A stretch of 64,000 nucleotides of DNA from Takakia lepidozioides (Eukaryota; Plantae; Bryophyta). The stretch is from positions 77,314,001 through 77,378,000 of the forward strand of contig CM060731.1 in the NCBI GenBank assembly GCA_030704615.1, read 5' to 3'. Made by a program: the position numbers and the translations under genes. This document shows positions 1 to 12,779 of this stretch, piece by piece; position 1 is the first letter of the stretch, and the number at the start of each line of letters is the position of its first letter. The notes below the pieces were generated by a model. It saw nothing but the letters and a program-made list of their open reading frames with translations, had not been told where the DNA came from and made no database searches.

Positions 1-53
1 TTCATACCAGGACCAGTCTGGTATTAAAAAATGGACATACCAGTCCAACACTG
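1..53. mobile_element. Right end of a hAT-like MITE (same family as 11819-12343)
   Basis: Ends in cataccagtccaacactg, matching the 12343 terminus. ATACCAG subterminal repeats are present, and the flank begins gtct like the TSDs at 11.8-12.6 kb. Confidence 0.65.
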
Positions 54-1477
54 GTCTATTGTTGGCCTGTCTTGTCACCCACTGGCCCTAGGGTTCCTCC
101 CTTCTAAGGATCACCTTGCATAGGGCCCAAGATTTGAGGACCTCATAAGCTTATTGATATCTCAAATTGGTTTGTCAATGGTGCCACATGGATTCAACCG
201 CGTAGTGTTGTCTCCAATGATCAAAACGATCACAAGAGATTAGAGGCTTAAAACCGTCTGAAATTTCACTCCTATCACATTACCTTCCACAAACTGAGGA
301 AGAGGTAAGCATGCCATTTTTTTACAACCAATGTAAGAATGGAACTTCACCTCCCAGGAATTTAGCTGCATATCCGCAGAACATCTGAGATGGGGTGCTA
401 CGGTCCTTTGCCTTGAAGGCAGGGGGATTATGCCACAAGAAGGATTGTTCTTGTGGTGCGGGCAACGGCAGCAGTAGGAAGGTAGGGGCTAAACGACCTT
501 TGAGTGTTGAAGACACTCAAGAGGACGAAGGCGTTCACTAGGTCTTTCCACAACCGGGTTGCGGTTGGGGACGCCGAATGGGGGTGGTCATGGCATAATG
601 AGTCGTAGTGGGGGTGGTATAGGACTGACCGTGGGGTTGAGGTCTTGTGATGGGAGTCGTGGGGATTCATGGGCTCACCACGGTCCATTAGGGCGTGGTG
701 GGTGAGCCAAGACTCACCATGACTCATTACAAAGAGTCGAGGTTTTACGGTGGTGGTTCATAAAAAAAGACTTGGGTTGCCAACACCTACAGAAGTATAT
801 ACATGGAGTTGTAACCTCGAAAACGGTGCAAGCCTTATTAAGCGACGACCAAAAGTTAGTGAAACTAGCAAGCGAGTAGGAAAACGATCAAGTGTGGGGA
901 GCTATCCCAGACTGCCTACAACCAAAGAGAATTTCCACTCAGCCCACGTAATCGAGGATTGCGTGGGGGAGCAAAAAGGGATCGTTATGGCCCGATGAGC
1001 AGCCAAAGCTCCAAGTTGGCCCGACGGCCAATCTGGGAGTTAGGCACACGCACCAAAACAAGTAACTATGACATGAAATGGAGTTTACTGAAGTGAGATG
1101 TGGGACACATGGTATCATAGCTTAGAGTGCGATCGTCCTTGAGATCGGACTCGCCATGGGATCGGGCAAAGTCAAGCGAAAGCGGAATGGTCCAAAAGCC
1201 GACGAACCTAGTGAGCCCGGTGGGGGCGACCCGATGCCAAAGCAGCAAAAGAAAAAAAGAAAAACCTCTCAGAGGGTGATGCTACCCAAGATCAAGAGCT
1301 ACTTGAGGAATTGGAGTCCAATGATTTTCCCGAGTCGTCTCCGGATCATCAAATGTCCCAGATGCCGCCAACATTTTGGGAAAGCTATTGGCTCAGTTCG
1401 GTGGGACTCTTCAAGATGTGGTGAAAGCTGCCTGCAATGTCACTTCCGCAAAATCGAAGTTTAAAGTGAAGCCATAG

Positions 1478-1830
1478 GAACCCGACATCTTTGAGGGCGT
1501 CCAGAATCAGAAGGCGCTCAATACTTGACTCCTGAAGTTTATGTAGTATTTCCAGGCATGAGTGTAAGCAAGGACGGAGTGAAAATGGTTCCCACCTATT
1601 TGAGGGGCTATGCTCAACAATGTTGGCAGAAACGTCTTCAAGACCAATGACCCACCCTAGACTCGATGAGTTGGCATGGCTTCAAGGAACTCTTGAAGAA
1701 GCAGTTCGTGTCTCTTAATGCATCCTAGCTTGTTCGGGACAAAATGAGGAACTTGAAGCAGACGGATGACATTCGGGGCTATGTTCAAGCTTTCAATGTG
1801 CTCTTACTTGAAGTCACAGATATGGCGGAA
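1478..1830 (+). pseudogene. Degenerate Ty3/gypsy gag (retrotransposon capsid) fragment
   Basis: Manual translation gives EPDIFEG...YLRGYAQQCWQ...WHGFKELLKKQF...LVRDKMRNLKQTDDIRGYVQAFNVLLLEVTDMAE, the typical gag LxQ...Y...F pattern, with several stop codons. Confidence 0.75.
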
Positions 1831-2234
1831 CCAAAAATTCCTCTTGTATGTTATCATTGGCCAAATTTCGTGACACCAAGTGGATTATATTGAGTGTCAT
1901 TCGGTGCCATGTCACTCCAATATGTGTCATTCGTGAAAGGAGATGTGGAAGATTTGACAACATGGAAACTGACGTACTATAATGTTAAAGATCGCACGAT
2001 TGAACACTTTGCATTAAGTTCTTAGATTATTGCTAGTGTTCTCCGACTCGGAGGGTTTAAATTCTTTTTCCTTCCAATAATTCCAAGTAAATTTTTCTAA
2101 CTCTTCACTTTACAAAAAAAAAAGAATATAAACACATCCATTATACTATAGGCCATGTAACTAACCCTATTGATGCATCAATACTCCATGTCTGTCTATG
2201 ATTTGTATTTCCGTTTGCAAACATATTATCATGA

Positions 2235-3161
2235 GGTTGGGTAGCACATGAGTAGGCTCACACCTCTACGCGCCTACTCACGTGAGTAGAAGAGGATATA
2301 TCGGAAATTCCAAGAATATTCCTGAAAAATACGATCGCGAAACTAAAATGTGCAATTTGTGCTTACGTGCACAAAAACACGGCATGAGCATAGGAAAACG
2401 TAGGCGTGAGCACAAGCCATGAGAAGTTGGGGCATAAAGAATATTCGGTATGTGTCATCTCCATCAAGGATTTTTGTTGTTTGATAGTTGCGTATTTAAT
2501 CAAGTGCAAGTGACGCTTGATGCAATCAGTAATACGCGAAACTATAATTATTTCATTCTGTTTCGCCAACGAAAGCATGGATACCGATATACCGCAACAA
2601 GCACATAACAATTCATCAGCGAAATAAAACAATCTCACATCGTCTCTTATGTGCAAAACCAAACACAACACATTTTGTTTCGTCCACGAAACCATTGGAT
2701 AATGACCTACGCAGCGATACCTATTGCTGACGAAACCCATTATTTCGCTGGCGCAACCCGATACCTTGATTTATTTCGCTACCGAAACCCATTGTTTGCC
2801 TCATTATCTTAAATTGTTCAATTATTGTTTGGTATTTGTGTGTTTTGGATGGTGTTGGTTATTGTGACTTTGTTTTTCCCTAATGTGTTATTCTTTGGTA
2901 AGATAAAAAGTTGTAGATATGTGGAACTTGGAGCTTGAAGATATACATTGCGGGTGGTTATTTTCATTAGGGTTTAGGGTTTAGGGACATAATTAGGGAC
3001 AGAAATAGGCACACAACTAACATCTTCACTATTTTGGAACCTTATTCGCATGGATTCTATTTCCATGAAAACATGTGTACCATGTTGCCATGTTTTTGTG
3101 CTCACGCCTACGTTTTCCTGTGCTCACGCCATATCACCAGTGTGCTCACGTTCTACCAACC
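2235..3161. mobile_element. Non-autonomous TIR element (MITE-like)
   Basis: Imperfect TIR ggttgggtagcacatgag / ctcacgttctaccaacc. A ~35-bp subterminal block near 2384-2415 (gcatgagcataggaaaacgtaggcgtgagcaca) recurs inverted near 3097-3130. No clear TSD. Confidence 0.55.
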
Positions 3162-4664
3162 CTTAGAACCTTGGATTGTGCTCAAGAAGGTTTTTTTAGA
3201 TCTTTTTAGAAAACATTTTCTGGTGACGCCCCCTGCTATTTGAAGGGGCTTTGGTGGCAGAAGATGCTCCAAAAATACTAACGGGTCATGTGTTCTGTAT
3301 GGCCTCTTTAGGTTCCATTGCCAATGAATATGCCATACCAATTAGCTTTCCATGGTTGCTTTTGGGTTTTTGCACATAACTTCATATTTTGACAGCCTGT
3401 AAAAATTCCCTAGATATGTGACAAACTTTTATTTGGCGGCATCCAACTGCTGGTCATTGGATATTTTTCTCATGTCTCCATCACCCGCTGGCCATGTTCC
3501 TCATTTCACCACAATTACCACCTTGGTTGCTTGTGTAAGATATCCATTTCACCATTAAGTTTGTGAATGTGATACATGACACATGAGAGCAGAAGATCTG
3601 GAATACAGTGTGGATGCCTTGTGTAAGAACCCAACAAATGCATTTAACACTCCACATTTGGTTAACAGTATTGCTGCCCCCAGCTTCCTGACCTGTTCAA
3701 TGCTTCCGTTTTCCAAGTAGTAAGTAGCACCAAGTCACTACTAGGCAGCCAGCTTGTTGCTAGCTCATAATTATGTTGTCTCATGGTAAGTCTAAATATG
3801 TATGAGAACTGTCTCTAGCACAACATCAACCTAATACCGCAATGGAGAGCAAGCCATAATTTGCAGTTTCAGCAAAGATCTAGCTACATTTCTTGTAACA
3901 CTTTCTCACCAATACCTGCACACAAGACAAGGGGGTTGTTGTCTCCCACCAGACACTGAGCCACTCATGTAATTTAGTGACACCCTTCACACCTATGACA
4001 TGATTGTTGTTCAGTCTGCAGGCACATATTGGATGGATCTCCACACCCAATAGTGGAATAGAACCCCAACAACCAGCTCCAGGAGGTTTAGTATTTTGCA
4101 AAAACAATGATCTAAGGCTTATCTTGAAGCCAATATTCATAGGTTACAAGTCAGAGATACCTCTTACTAGATTAGCCTCCCATCCTTTTCCTGCAAAGGC
4201 CATCCTGAGGCAGACAGGCACTACAATACAATGAATATTTCCAGCTTAGAAAATAGAAAACTCGGCCCTCGGTGCCCAACACTTTTGAGGTAACTGAAAT
4301 TTTGGTTCATAACAAGCAGGTTTGCAGACTGCATGAAGATCATTAACAATTTCTGATTACAATGGCAGCCTCCCGTGACGGACAAATTTTCAATTTACAC
4401 AAAGTACATAATAGGGATTTTGGCGAGTTCCCATTCTCCAGTTAACAAGCAGGAGTAGCACTATCCAATCCACCCTCTTACAACAAGTTTCCTTTCCATT
4501 TGGGATACAAACAGAGACCAAATTTTCACCCAACTTTCTCAAACTGCGATGGCCCTCCTTTGTCAAGCGGGGCCAGCAAGATAGAAGAATAGCCCACTCC
4601 TCGATTGACCAATACTACCTGCTGCTATAACTAAATATACCATATACAGTACAACCGCTTCTGG

Positions 4665-6219
4665 TCACCGCAGGTACAAAGAAGAAAACCACAAAGAGAA
4701 GAGCACAAATTCACTGACCACTACAACAGGTGACCCAATCCCCAATACAGGCACAATGTCGACATGTAGCCATGACTCCACCACCCCTCCCACCACAGCC
4801 CCTGCCACCAGCCCCGCTATTGTAACAATTGTTGCTTTTCCTGCACCCAATTAGAAATTTTCATAAGACAAGGAAGAGGGGGCAGAGACAAACTGCAGAG
4901 CCAATATGCCAAGCTACTTTAGTTCATATCCAGTAACAACAGAAAGGATAGATTTTGAAACACAAAAGCTCACCTAACCTCAGATTCTGCTTGCGCAGAA
5001 AGTAGAGCGAGGCACCAAATCCGATAGCCAGGATGAGGCCAGGCACATCAGCTCCACCAGTAAGAGAACCCTCAACAGATGGTGATGTCAGCCCACTTAC
5101 ATACATCCAGACAACAAGTGCCCCATAGACCCCGGTTTGTGTGCCAAAGACAGAAGGTGATGGAGTTTCCAATTGAACGGGTGCCTTCACAAGCACATTT
5201 CTTAGCCACTCAGGCCCAGCCCCTCCAATTGAAACGGAAGCAGGCTTTGCCTTGCGGACATCGGCATAGCGGATAGTGTTGTCCACTACTTTGCCAGCTC
5301 GACGTTGTGATAGGCTCTGCATAAGTAACATGTCATATGCTGCTTCTACCTGCAATTCCCATCACACCCGCCTCAGTTGTCAGTCTTTGTGCCGTCACCC
5401 AAACAAATCAGTGTCCTTTATACAAAATGAGTTATGTAACGCAAAGATCTTGCATGTCCTACCATGTCTCCCGGGTGCCTAAGATTAATGTCAGAATTGG
5501 CTAGAAAAGAAGTGAAATTGACGACAGAATTTCAAAGTGTTTGGAACTGTGATATCCTTATCTTACAGGAACTGGGGCTGGAGCTGCAGGGAGTTGTCAG
5601 TTTGTCCTGTGGACCAGCTAGAAGAACCACTTGGGATGGTATGCCCATGGCAAAAGACATCAAACACCCTTCTGATTGCCTAACTCTTCGACAAAAACCA
5701 CACAATCAGATCCCCAAGCCAAACTGGAGAATTTGAAAATAATATATCTGGCGTATATGAGGAGCTAACCTGGGCGATTCGCTCTTGATCCCCGCTGCTA
5801 CTGTCCACCAGGGTTTTCTTGGCTCCAAGAATTTCTTCAAAGGAAGCTCCCTCATGCACCCCCAACAGTTTAAGGGCACTTTCCAATGACATCTCTGAGG
5901 GTATAGAATCATCAGCCATTGAATCATTCGCCTTTGCAATCACTCGCAACGAGCGCCTTTGTAGTTGATCTGGACTCCATCCTGATAATTTCCAGGCCTG
6001 CCACTCTAATTGGGTTAGCCTTACATACTGCCGACTTCGTCCATGATTTGAGCTCTGTACCAATGGAACGCTTTGGGCCTGGCCATTGGATCCAGTCAAT
6101 GGAGAGCACACGCAGGTGCCAAATGGGGACCCTCTCCTGAATCGTAGTATTGACACACAGGGAATTTCAGTCAAAGCGAAGTACGGAGAACAAGAGCTGG
6201 GTGCCGATGACAAAGACAT
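4665..6219 (-). CDS. CPP1: CHAPERONE-LIKE PROTEIN OF POR1 (CPP1/DUF3353)-like plastid J-like membrane protein. Exons ~6219-5770, 5349-4974, 4840-4665; start uncertain (possible upstream exon near 7002).
   Basis: MSLESALKLLGVHEGASFEEIL...QVEAAYDMLLMQSLSQRRAGKVVDNTIRYADV, then hydrophobic segments ending SSLYLR*. GT-AG introns 5769-5350 and 4973-4841 keep the frame. Confidence 0.88.
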
Positions 6220-7525
6220 GAACAGGAAGCATTGCATGTTAAGCACAATACTTGCATCACTTCCACCTTTTCCGCATATAATCAAACTGGAGACGCGGAA
6301 ATCAAATTCAAGATTCTCCCACAAAGGCCTAATTCTAAAAGTCCACATTCGAGTCAGGGTTTTGCAGCTCAAGTTGAAGAAACCTAATACATTCACACAC
6401 GAAAGAAGATGAAAGCTCCATAACCAGAAAACATGGTTCCAGAAATGGAATCTGAAGGGAGGAATGAGTTGGAATGTCCCCTAAAAGCTTTTATTTGTTT
6501 AGGCTTACATACGAAATCTGGGAAAAGGTACACTTAATCCATCTACTCGCAAGCCTGATCGCTTCATGCCCGTGCTACATTGCGGCACAGCCTTAGTACT
6601 TTGCAAAATGGTATCTTAACCTTCGAAATGGCAACTTTGAATCAGGAGGTTAACGACCACAAGTTACCCCAGCCAAATCTGCAGGGTTATGCAAACACTG
6701 TGGCAACGACACAGGACTGATCCTAGTGTTTACGAGATAACTTCCAGAAGAATTTCTCGAGGTCCCCAACAAGACGTCAATTGCGATATCCTGAGCTGTC
6801 TAACTGGAAACTTCAGAGGAAACAGATGGGGAAACGGCTCTAACCGGGCGCATTGCAGAGGCATATTCTGTGCGCAGGATGAGACAGCCTTATCCAAACC
6901 ATTTTTCCCTCCTGGACCTGCTGTGATTGTGGAGGACCAGCGCCATGGAACCTGAAAATCCGACCCCAGGGGCGAGCGCGATGCTCGCAGCAAGACCGCC
7001 ATAGCAATGCTTCTGATGCTCGTAGGGACTTTTCCTTAAGGCGTTTCTTAATCAGAAATTTTCGATGACCTACGTACGCCCTTAACAGCCTAATACATCG
7101 ATTTGGTTTCCAATTAATTGGCTAATGGTACACCGAGATATTGAAGTATCCCAAGGCACCCACTCTGCCATGGAGATTCCGTAAAGAGCAACGGTCTCGC
7201 GTGGGACCCATTTTCTCTAGCTGAGTAGCTTACTATAGCTTTTTGTTTTCTTCTCTTGTTTCTTGTTCCTCCCCCCCCTTTTTGGGAACTTCACATCATA
7301 TGCACGTTCACCCATTGTACATGTTGTAAATAAAGTCTTACAGGGTTTCATCATCATCATTTTGGGCTGCCAGCAACCTGTATGTCTGAAGTCTTACCAA
7401 CCCTTGTTGCTTGGAGTACAATATGGGTTTCTCAGATGTTTTGGAAACTGGGTTCATAATCTGATTGAGAGAAAGTGTGTGGGAGGGGGGAAACTTGTAG
7501 GGTGGAAGGAGAAACAGGAGAAGTG

Positions 7526-9058
7526 ATGGTGCTATGGGAGATTACGCTGGCCACAGCGTACTTTCTGGGATTGAAAAGGACCTACAGACTTGCTCTGCGG
7601 TTGCAGCGTCGGGTTATCGGTCCCAATCACCCTCGCCTGAGGGAATTCGTCTACAGGTTTGTGCTCGGATGCCAGGTCTCTGTTATCTTTTTTCTATCTT
7701 GGAATTTAGACCTGCTTACCACAGGCTTTGGGGAGTTTGAAAAAGTGATTTGCATGGTGGCAACTAAAGACTGCAAGGCGATCTTACGCATGGAGATAGA
7801 GACATATCATGAGTGTAATAAATACATTGGAGATATGGAGGCTCGGATGCGGTAGTATATTGTGCTGAGTATGCTATCTTTCTTGTTTCATATAGTTAAA
7901 CCCTGTGCTCCAGAGTTTGGGCAAAACTGTATGATTTCAGTGGCAATATACCCTAACGAGGATGAGAGTTAGTACTTCGAGCTTTTATTTGGTCACAACA
8001 CAACCTTGTGTTTTGACTGTGTTTAATGACCGCGTCCAGATTTTGTAATATGGTACTTCTGCATGTTAGGAGGTGGGCTCCCGTTGAGGGTGTGTACATA
8101 GCAGCTGGAGCATTTTGGGTGTCTCGATGGTTTCCTTAAGCGCAGATTTAGAAGAGTAACCGGATTTCTGCGATTTTGATTTTTTTAGAAATTGTTTCTC
8201 ATGAGGATGCCTAGGAGATTACCAAAAGGTGTCATTTACCAGGATTTAGGCATAGACACATAGAAACCTGTTGTGAAGCAAATTATTATGAATTTCATTT
8301 CACTGAACCTGCCCAAAGTGTGCGGCATTTCTGGTGGGAAAAGGAGTTTCCAGATTATGTCTTCTTTTGCCCATGTTATCACTTTTTCCGAAGACAGTCT
8401 ATCTCTTGTACATTATTTGCAACCTTTGCTCAGATTAAGGGTTTTGCACACCTAACCACCCCTGCTGGTTGCTTGTAGGCGAACGAAAGCAGCCTTTACT
8501 CTGGCACTCAATATGCACAAGGAGATTCAGAGACGTGACCTCTCTGTTGGGCGGAATATTGGCAGCCGAATTTTGCGGATGTTGGACCGGATGCGCCCTC
8601 AAGCCAACATCCGGGGATCTCCTCCTGACAAGTCAGGTGGGCAATCAGCGGGTCCTGTGGAAGGTAAAAGTGAAAAGGGGGATTCTATTAAACGGGCATC
8701 TAATGAAACAGACACGAAGCCTGTGAAGGCAGCAGGCAAGAATGAAGCACCCAAGCCTCCAGTCACAGCATATGTGAGTGGTCAATTTGGGTTTCCAATC
8801 AAGAATCAGGTTAATTACAAATCAAGCAGGCTAACACCAAAGCCTAGTATGCAAGTACTGCCCGTTGCTGCATTGGGACTCTGGTGGCAGCCAGTCAGGA
8901 GAAACATGGAGTCTATGCTTGTGAGAGATGGTCCCTTGTCCCACTCAAAGTTGCCCCTTTTTGGAAGGCTCCCCTCTACACACTTCATGCCCACCAGTGC
9001 GTTTGGAGTCTCCAGGGGTGTGCTGCGTGAGGACATTGCAGTTTGGATGCAGAGGTAA
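7526..9058 (+). CDS. Conserved plant protein of unknown function; exons 7526-7656 and 8479-9058
   Basis: Spliced product MVLWEITLATAYFLGLKRTYRLALRLQRR...FVYR/RTKAAFTLALNMHKEIQRRDLSVGRNIGSRILRMLDRMRPQANIRG...LREDIAVWMQR*. Phase-2 GT-AG intron. N-terminus resembles an uncharacterised angiosperm family (from recall). Confidence 0.82.
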
Positions 9059-10093
9059 CCAATGTAACCCCGTGATATTGGCTGACGAAGGCAGACACGA
9101 AGATGGCACTTCCCTGATGGTTTGGGGGTTTCACAAGGAGCTTGCTGAGAAAGTCTTGTTGGAGGTCAATCCAACCATCTCCAGCAGTGTATCATGTTGA
9201 AACGAGCAAGACTGGAGGACTTCAGTAGTACACGCCAAGGTTTCATGGCTGGAAGAAAGAAGTCCACTTTCTCTGCTGTAAATGTTCAACTCTCTTGGCC
9301 TTTGCAGCCCAACCTGCATTAGAACAAGTTGAGTCAGACAGGCAGTATTGGAGTGACTAGAAGAGAGAGAGATCGGCGTAAAGAAGAGCTTTTTTGAGTT
9401 TAATAGACCACAACAACACATGACATGGATTATGGCACAGTGCTCCGGTCATAAGTTGCCCTAAGGAATCCCTCTTGTATATATGTGCAAGAATTCATGT
9501 TAGAGATATATCTATTTAGTTATACACATATGATCCCTAAACCTAGTGCATACTTTTCTACCTTGGGAATATGCTCTTTTCCTAAAAGCCCTGGGCACCA
9601 TGGGGATTGTAGCTTGTAGAGCGGGCTTAGCTTGATGGGAAGGATCTATTGCAGAGTATATCATATAGTCATCCAATCAAATCTCTAACCACTGCATATG
9701 CAACTTCACATCCAAGTCCCCACAGCACATCAAAGTACACCCTTTTTAACCACCTATGGGCAAGTGCCCATGTAAATAGATAGCAAAAGCTAATCACATC
9801 AGCCATTGTGTATATTTGCTCATTGATTAACATCAGATACAGCTAGCTGATCATGTCACTGTTGACGAGAGTGATAGCACCAAGACCCCAAATCAGGGTA
9901 GCCATTGATTCTTCAACCATCCCTTGCTTTTCATCCATGCAACCACCAGAAGAGGATATTAGACAAGGTCGACTCCATCCCACCACATATGTAATGCATG
10001 CCCACGGCCATAAGAAGCGAGCTCCAGTGAGCGAAAGAGTATCAGGCCTAGTACCAAAGCAAAACCAATCCTAATACTATGCATCCGGCATGG

Positions 10094-10417
10094 TGTTGGA
10101 ATTCGACAGAGAATAGAGATAAAAGATGAACTGAGAACTCTCCACCCAACCATAGGACCACAACAAGCTGTGTGTCCACCCTCCGAGCTCTCCCTATTTA
10201 TACTCAAAGTCTACTCCAGGAATAGCTGAGACAACTATAGCATAACGCCTGAGTTACCTCCAACTGCTATTCTGGTATCACTAATAACTGAAGCTAACTT
10301 TAGCTAACTGAGACTAATCTCTAACATTGACTTGTCAGCATTACTATTATTGTAGTCTGACTTGTCATCAGAGTAACTCTGAGTAACAGTAACTTGGCAA
10401 GGAGTTGATTTCCAACA
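10094..10417 (-). mobile_element. 3' LTR of a Ty1/copia element
   Basis: Bounded by tgttggaa...ttccaaca inverted termini. Minus-strand TATAAATAGG near 10193-10202. Polypurine tract (minus strand TTGAGTGGGG) abuts 10418. Confidence 0.75.
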
Positions 10418-10439
10418 CCCCCACTCAAGGAGTTACCAA

Positions 10440-11330
10440 GTGAAACACTTACCTTACTCCCATCAGTATATCTGCAACCATGTTGTTGGTGTTGCAATAG
10501 ATCAGTTTGACAACTCATACTTCAGTCTTCTTCCAAATGATGATGAATCTCAATATGCTTTGTGCGAGCATGAAAAGTCAGATTCTTCGAGAGAACAATA
10601 CACCCTTGGTTGTCATCATATATGATCATGGTATCCTTCTGTGAATGACCAATACTAGAGAGAAATGATGCGTGCCTTTGAGATGTAGCCACATAATCTT
10701 CCTCAGCTGAAGACATAGCAATCGTAGATTGTTTCTTGCTGCTCCAGCTAATAGCTCCATTTGCTTGTATAAAAACATAGCCAGATATAGAATGGCGGTC
10801 ATGAACATTACCAGCCCAATCTGCATCATAATAGCCGTATAGCTCTATGCTTTTGCAAGCATTATCTGAGATACCATATGAAGCCACTTGGTTGGACAAC
10901 CCGACACTATCATTGTTCTTTCTCAAGCACAGACCATAGTCCAGTGTGCCTCTCAGATAACGGAAAATCCGCTTTACTGCAACCCAATGGAGTTGCCCAG
11001 GGTTAGCCACAAATTGGCTTACGACCCTCACTGCTTGTGCAATATTTGGCCTAGTACAGACCATTGCATACGTGAGACTTCCCCACAACACTTTGATAGG
11101 AACATCTTTCATTGTCTCCAAGTCTGCAGCACTCTTAGGACTCATCACCTTCGAGAGTTTGCAATTTGGAACCAATGGGGTATTTACCGATATACTTTCA
11201 GCCATGTACTGTGTGGGATGTCTCCTTAGAGCTTCTAGTGTAGGGCAATCTCTTTCTACCCCATGTAGTGCAGCAACTACTCACATTCCGGTGATGTTCT
11301 CAGCTGCCAAAATGTGCCAAGGTGGAAGCG
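10440..11330 (-). pseudogene. Ty1/copia RT C-terminus and RNase H remnant
   Basis: GSLTYAMVCTRPNIAQAV...HWVAVKRIFRYLRGT...GYYDADWAG...ISWSSKKQSTIAMSSAEE...DNQGCI...HARTKHIEI. Frameshifted and 5'-truncated. Confidence 0.93.
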
Positions 11331-11818
11331 TTGGAGTGCTGGTTCTACCCTAGGGATGTCTTGAATGAATAAGCATTGAGGGGAGGACTAAAAGAATTGA
11401 AAGAGAGAGAGAAAAGAGGAAATGTGAGGGTAATTTGGGCTCACGAGCCTGTGACCACATGATGGAGAGGTGATAGTTGGTACTAGTAATTGATCAACCC
11501 CACGGGAAATTCACCCGGGGGCGATGCTGCTACTGGATTGTGGTGAAACATTGGTGTATGCACTCACTAAGCTCGCCTATAAGCGACAATGAGCCTCTGC
11601 TTCATTTTCTCTTCCGCTGTGGGGCAGCAGGTGCGGAATATGAACACGAGATTTAACGGATAATGTCAGGGTGTTTACGTAGCCCCTTTTTTCACACCAC
11701 ACTATGAGGAACATTTGGATATGCTGCCATTGACATAGATGCTAAATGAGGTTAGCATATAGTCACAGATATTGGTCCATGAAAACGACCAGGGAGCAGC
11801 TGAGCAGCCTGTCTGAAC

Positions 11819-12343
11819 CAGTGTTGGACTGATATACCGATATATCAATACTGGTATGAAGTACCAGACCAGATTGCCTAGCATATACCCGTATTGGCCT
11901 GGTATTTGCTTCCTAATACTGTGGACGATATCCTACCAGTCTAGTAGGTGGTTGAAAATTTGGTACCTGATACCAGTACCATATCCATATTTTGTGAGGA
12001 AAACCTAGGTATCAATACTTTGAGGAACTTGAGGAATACTTTGAGGAATAAAATCAATGAGAAGCATGCTTGTACACATTTATATGAGAAGAGGGTCTTT
12101 CAATTTTTAACATATCATGAGTTTTTTTGATACCAGACCAGTATTGATAATACCCTGGTATCGATTTCTAAAAATTCTTGCTATTGATACCCGTAAAACA
12201 CCACACTAATCAGGTATTATTAATACCACCATGGTATCCAAATCTCAGATTTTTGCCAATACCAGTACCTCCTTGGTATCACAATTGGTCGGAGGCCTAT
12301 ATACCAGTACCAGCCTGGTAAATACGATACCAGTCCAACACTG
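11819..12343. mobile_element. hAT-like MITE 1
   Basis: TIR cagtgttggactg / cagtccaacactg. 8-bp flanks gtctgaac (11811-11818) and gtttgaac (12344-12351). Many ATACCAG/CTGGTAT subterminal repeats. Confidence 0.8.
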
Positions 12344-12351
12344 GTTTGAAC

Positions 12352-12637
12352 CAATGTTGGGCGGGTATGTCACTAAGAACATGACCTACGGGCCCGGACT
12401 TGTCAATATGTAAACCCTTTAGAAGCCTACCGGGCCCGGGCTTGTGAGGATATTAAGACGTGTGTTGTCCAGCGGATATGCATAGTCATTTTTTTGTTGT
12501 CGGTCATGGACATGGAGAGCCAAACCCACCTAGGCAGGTCTCGGGCCGGGTAAGAGGTATGGATGGGCCCGGCGGTCAGGGCTGGATATATACCCTGGTG
12601 CACACCCGGCTCTGACCAGTGTAGACGCCCAACACTG
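12352..12637. mobile_element. hAT-like MITE 2, directly adjacent to MITE 1
   Basis: TIR caatgttgggcg / cgcccaacactg. Flanks gtttgaac and gtctgaac (12638-12645). Internal GGGCCCGG repeats. Confidence 0.75.
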
Positions 12638-12779
12638 GTCTGAACCGGTACCTTGCATCAAACTTCACATGACATTACTTCCGAGGCACTTCGCCCTATT
12701 TCCATGGACACACCCAGGTGTCTTACATTCCCGCTCAGCTCTTTTTTCTGGTCCTTCTTGCCCACTCATGCTCATGGCG

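Noticed and set aside
2967-2998. TTTAGGG telomere repeats
   Set aside because: Only about 3-4 units inside a MITE-like element. Not a telomere.
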